The notes beneath the pieces were generated by a model that searched no databases, was not told where the DNA came from, and saw only the letters and a list, made by a program, of their open reading frames with translations. From a virus (taxonomy: Duplodnaviria > Heunggongvirae > Uroviricota > Caudoviricetes), in the IMG/VR virus record IMGVR_UViG_2778261035_000014: a stretch of DNA of 27,714 nucleotides; one strand, written 5' to 3'. This document shows positions 26,509 through 27,714 of this stretch, piece after piece (position 1 is the stretch's first letter; each line of letters begins with the position of its first letter). The translations under genes and the position numbers were made by a program.

Positions 26509-27144
26509 TCACTTTATAAAAGCTAAAGCCCTAAGAACGGTTTTTAACCGCGTTACCTGCTCAGGCTTTTCAAGTTCATCCAAATTAACATTAATTTTAT
26601 CTAAACAGATGGCTATACGTGACATAACCTCGCCATGAATCTGCTTCAAACCTTCGCCATATTGAGTGGCAATATGGTAAGTCTGTTCTAAATTAAAACG
26701 ATGGATATCTTTCTGCGTTTCATGAAATATGGTTTGAAGTTTAGCTAAGTCCTCTAAAACCTGATTATTCATTCTGAAAGTATCAACCAGACTCCTTGCT
26801 GAGCCATAACAAATAACAATTGCCTTCATTGTCTCTTCATTAACAGAAGTTAATGCGAAAGAGTTGCTTTCATAGAATGAGAAATAATTTTGAGTCAACG
26901 GAAAGATGCTTTCAAAAGGTTTACCACCTTCATAATTTTCAAGAGAATCGTAAATTCTGGCTTTATAAAGTTCCAGAAGCGTTTCGACTTCTGCTTTTAT
27001 TCCAATCAAGACACTCTTTTGCTTATCCTTTGCTTCATTAAATGAAGCTCTGTCTTGCCTACGTCCATCGATCAGAGTACCCCACAGGGTGAACAATCCC
27101 CCTATCAAGGCACCAACTAAACCAGAAATCAGTTCACTTCCCAT
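26509..27144 (-). CDS. Membrane-anchored protein (cargo, unknown function)
   Basis: About 211 aa from the ATG at 27144 (ORF-track start is TTG at 27159). N-terminal TM helix ELISGLVGALIGGLFTLWGTLI. Begins 16 nt after the upstream stop. Confidence 0.55.
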   Translation of the reverse strand: MGSELISGLVGALIGGLFTLWGTLIDGRRQDRASFNEAKDKQKSVLIGIKAEVETLLELYKARIYDSLENYEGGKPFESIFPLTQNYFSFYESNSFALTSVNEETMKAIVICYGSARSLVDTFRMNNQVLEDLAKLQTIFHETQKDIHRFNLEQTYHIATQYGEGLKQIHGEVMSRIAICLDKINVNLDELEKPEQVTRLKTVLRALAFIK

Positions 27145-27159
27145 GTTGCCCCCTAACAA

Positions 27160-27714
27160 TCATTTTTGACAGCAATGATCCCATTGCTCAGTAGTCCTTG
27201 CAACTCGATCACTGATTGCAAAGTTATTCAGCAACGAATCATAAGCGTACACTTTGCTTTTATCATCTGCTGTCATCAACTTACCATCAGGTTTCAACTT
27301 TGGCGAAAGCAAGTATGTACCGTTTAAACGGTTAGCTTTGAAGCTATCAACATGCAACGTTACTTCAGCACTTCCCAGCACACGTAAAGAACCTATTCTG
27401 CCATTCTTTATTGTTGCTATCGAATACTGACATAGATAAGTTTTCACAATTGAAGCTGCGTTTTTTTCGGCAATCTTCGCTGATGGAGAATCCAAAGAGG
27501 ATTTGGGGATTGAACTATGAAGAGAAGATGACGGATAAGAGTAATGTTGATAAGTAGAAGATGAGCGCGAACTACCTCCACATGTTTTCCATGCCGCAAT
27601 ACACGAATTACCACACGGTATACCTTTCTTGCAATTCTTCGCGTATGCAGAGAACGACAACCCAGCTAATAGAAATATACCAATGGTTATCCTAACCAGC
27701 GAAGACCAACCCAT
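27160..27714 (-). CDS. Secreted Cys-rich and Ser-rich protein (cargo, unknown function)
   Basis: 184 aa with the ATG exactly at the window edge. Signal peptide with AYA cleavage site, then CKKGIPCGNSCIAAWKTCGG, a Ser-rich linker, and a C-terminal domain. Confidence 0.5.
   Translation of the reverse strand: MGWSSLVRITIGIFLLAGLSFSAYAKNCKKGIPCGNSCIAAWKTCGGSSRSSSTYQHYSYPSSSLHSSIPKSSLDSPSAKIAEKNAASIVKTYLCQYSIATIKNGRIGSLRVLGSAEVTLHVDSFKANRLNGTYLLSPKLKPDGKLMTADDKSKVYAYDSLLNNFAISDRVARTTEQWDHCCQK

Larger units (their letters stand above)
14043..27714. mobile_element. Integrative element 2 (at least 13.7 kb, right end beyond window)
   Basis: Starts at the att core and integrase, has the same backbone as element 1, and carries different cargo at the right end. 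No third att copy was seen inside the window. Confidence 0.5.

Overview
This window appears to hold two related ~13 kb integrative elements inserted in tandem, in the same orientation, and each element begins at a 22-bp direct repeat (786-807 and 14043-14064) that is immediately followed by a tyrosine integrase gene (901-2115 and 14141-15361). From memory, this repeat is the reverse complement of the 3' end of an enterobacterial tRNA-Gly (glyU-type); neither copy is a complete tRNA, so the intact gene is presumably beyond the right edge. Both elements share a diverged backbone: integrase, a lambda gpE-like major capsid protein with a small upstream partner gene, a small HTH protein, a long tape-measure-like coiled-coil protein, a ribbon-helix-helix protein overlapping a winged-helix replication-initiator-like protein, and a small secreted two-cysteine protein. 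No terminase, portal or prohead protease is recognisable, so these look like satellite-like or defective capsid-encoding elements rather than full prophages. The tRNA-proximal end of each element carries different AT-rich cargo on the opposite strand: membrane and zinc-ribbon proteins in element 1 (12443-13652), and in element 2 a FimB-like small recombinase (25274-25852) beside a three-gene operon for a secreted Cys-rich protein, a membrane protein and a coiled-coil zinc-ribbon protein (26067-27714). I consider these cargo modules the best candidates for an undescribed system, possibly phage defence or exclusion. Each element also has a large ORF-poor region with iteron-like repeats and possible structured RNA. 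I found no rRNA, complete tRNA, CRISPR array or transposase. All protein family assignments are by eye from the translations, with no searches run.
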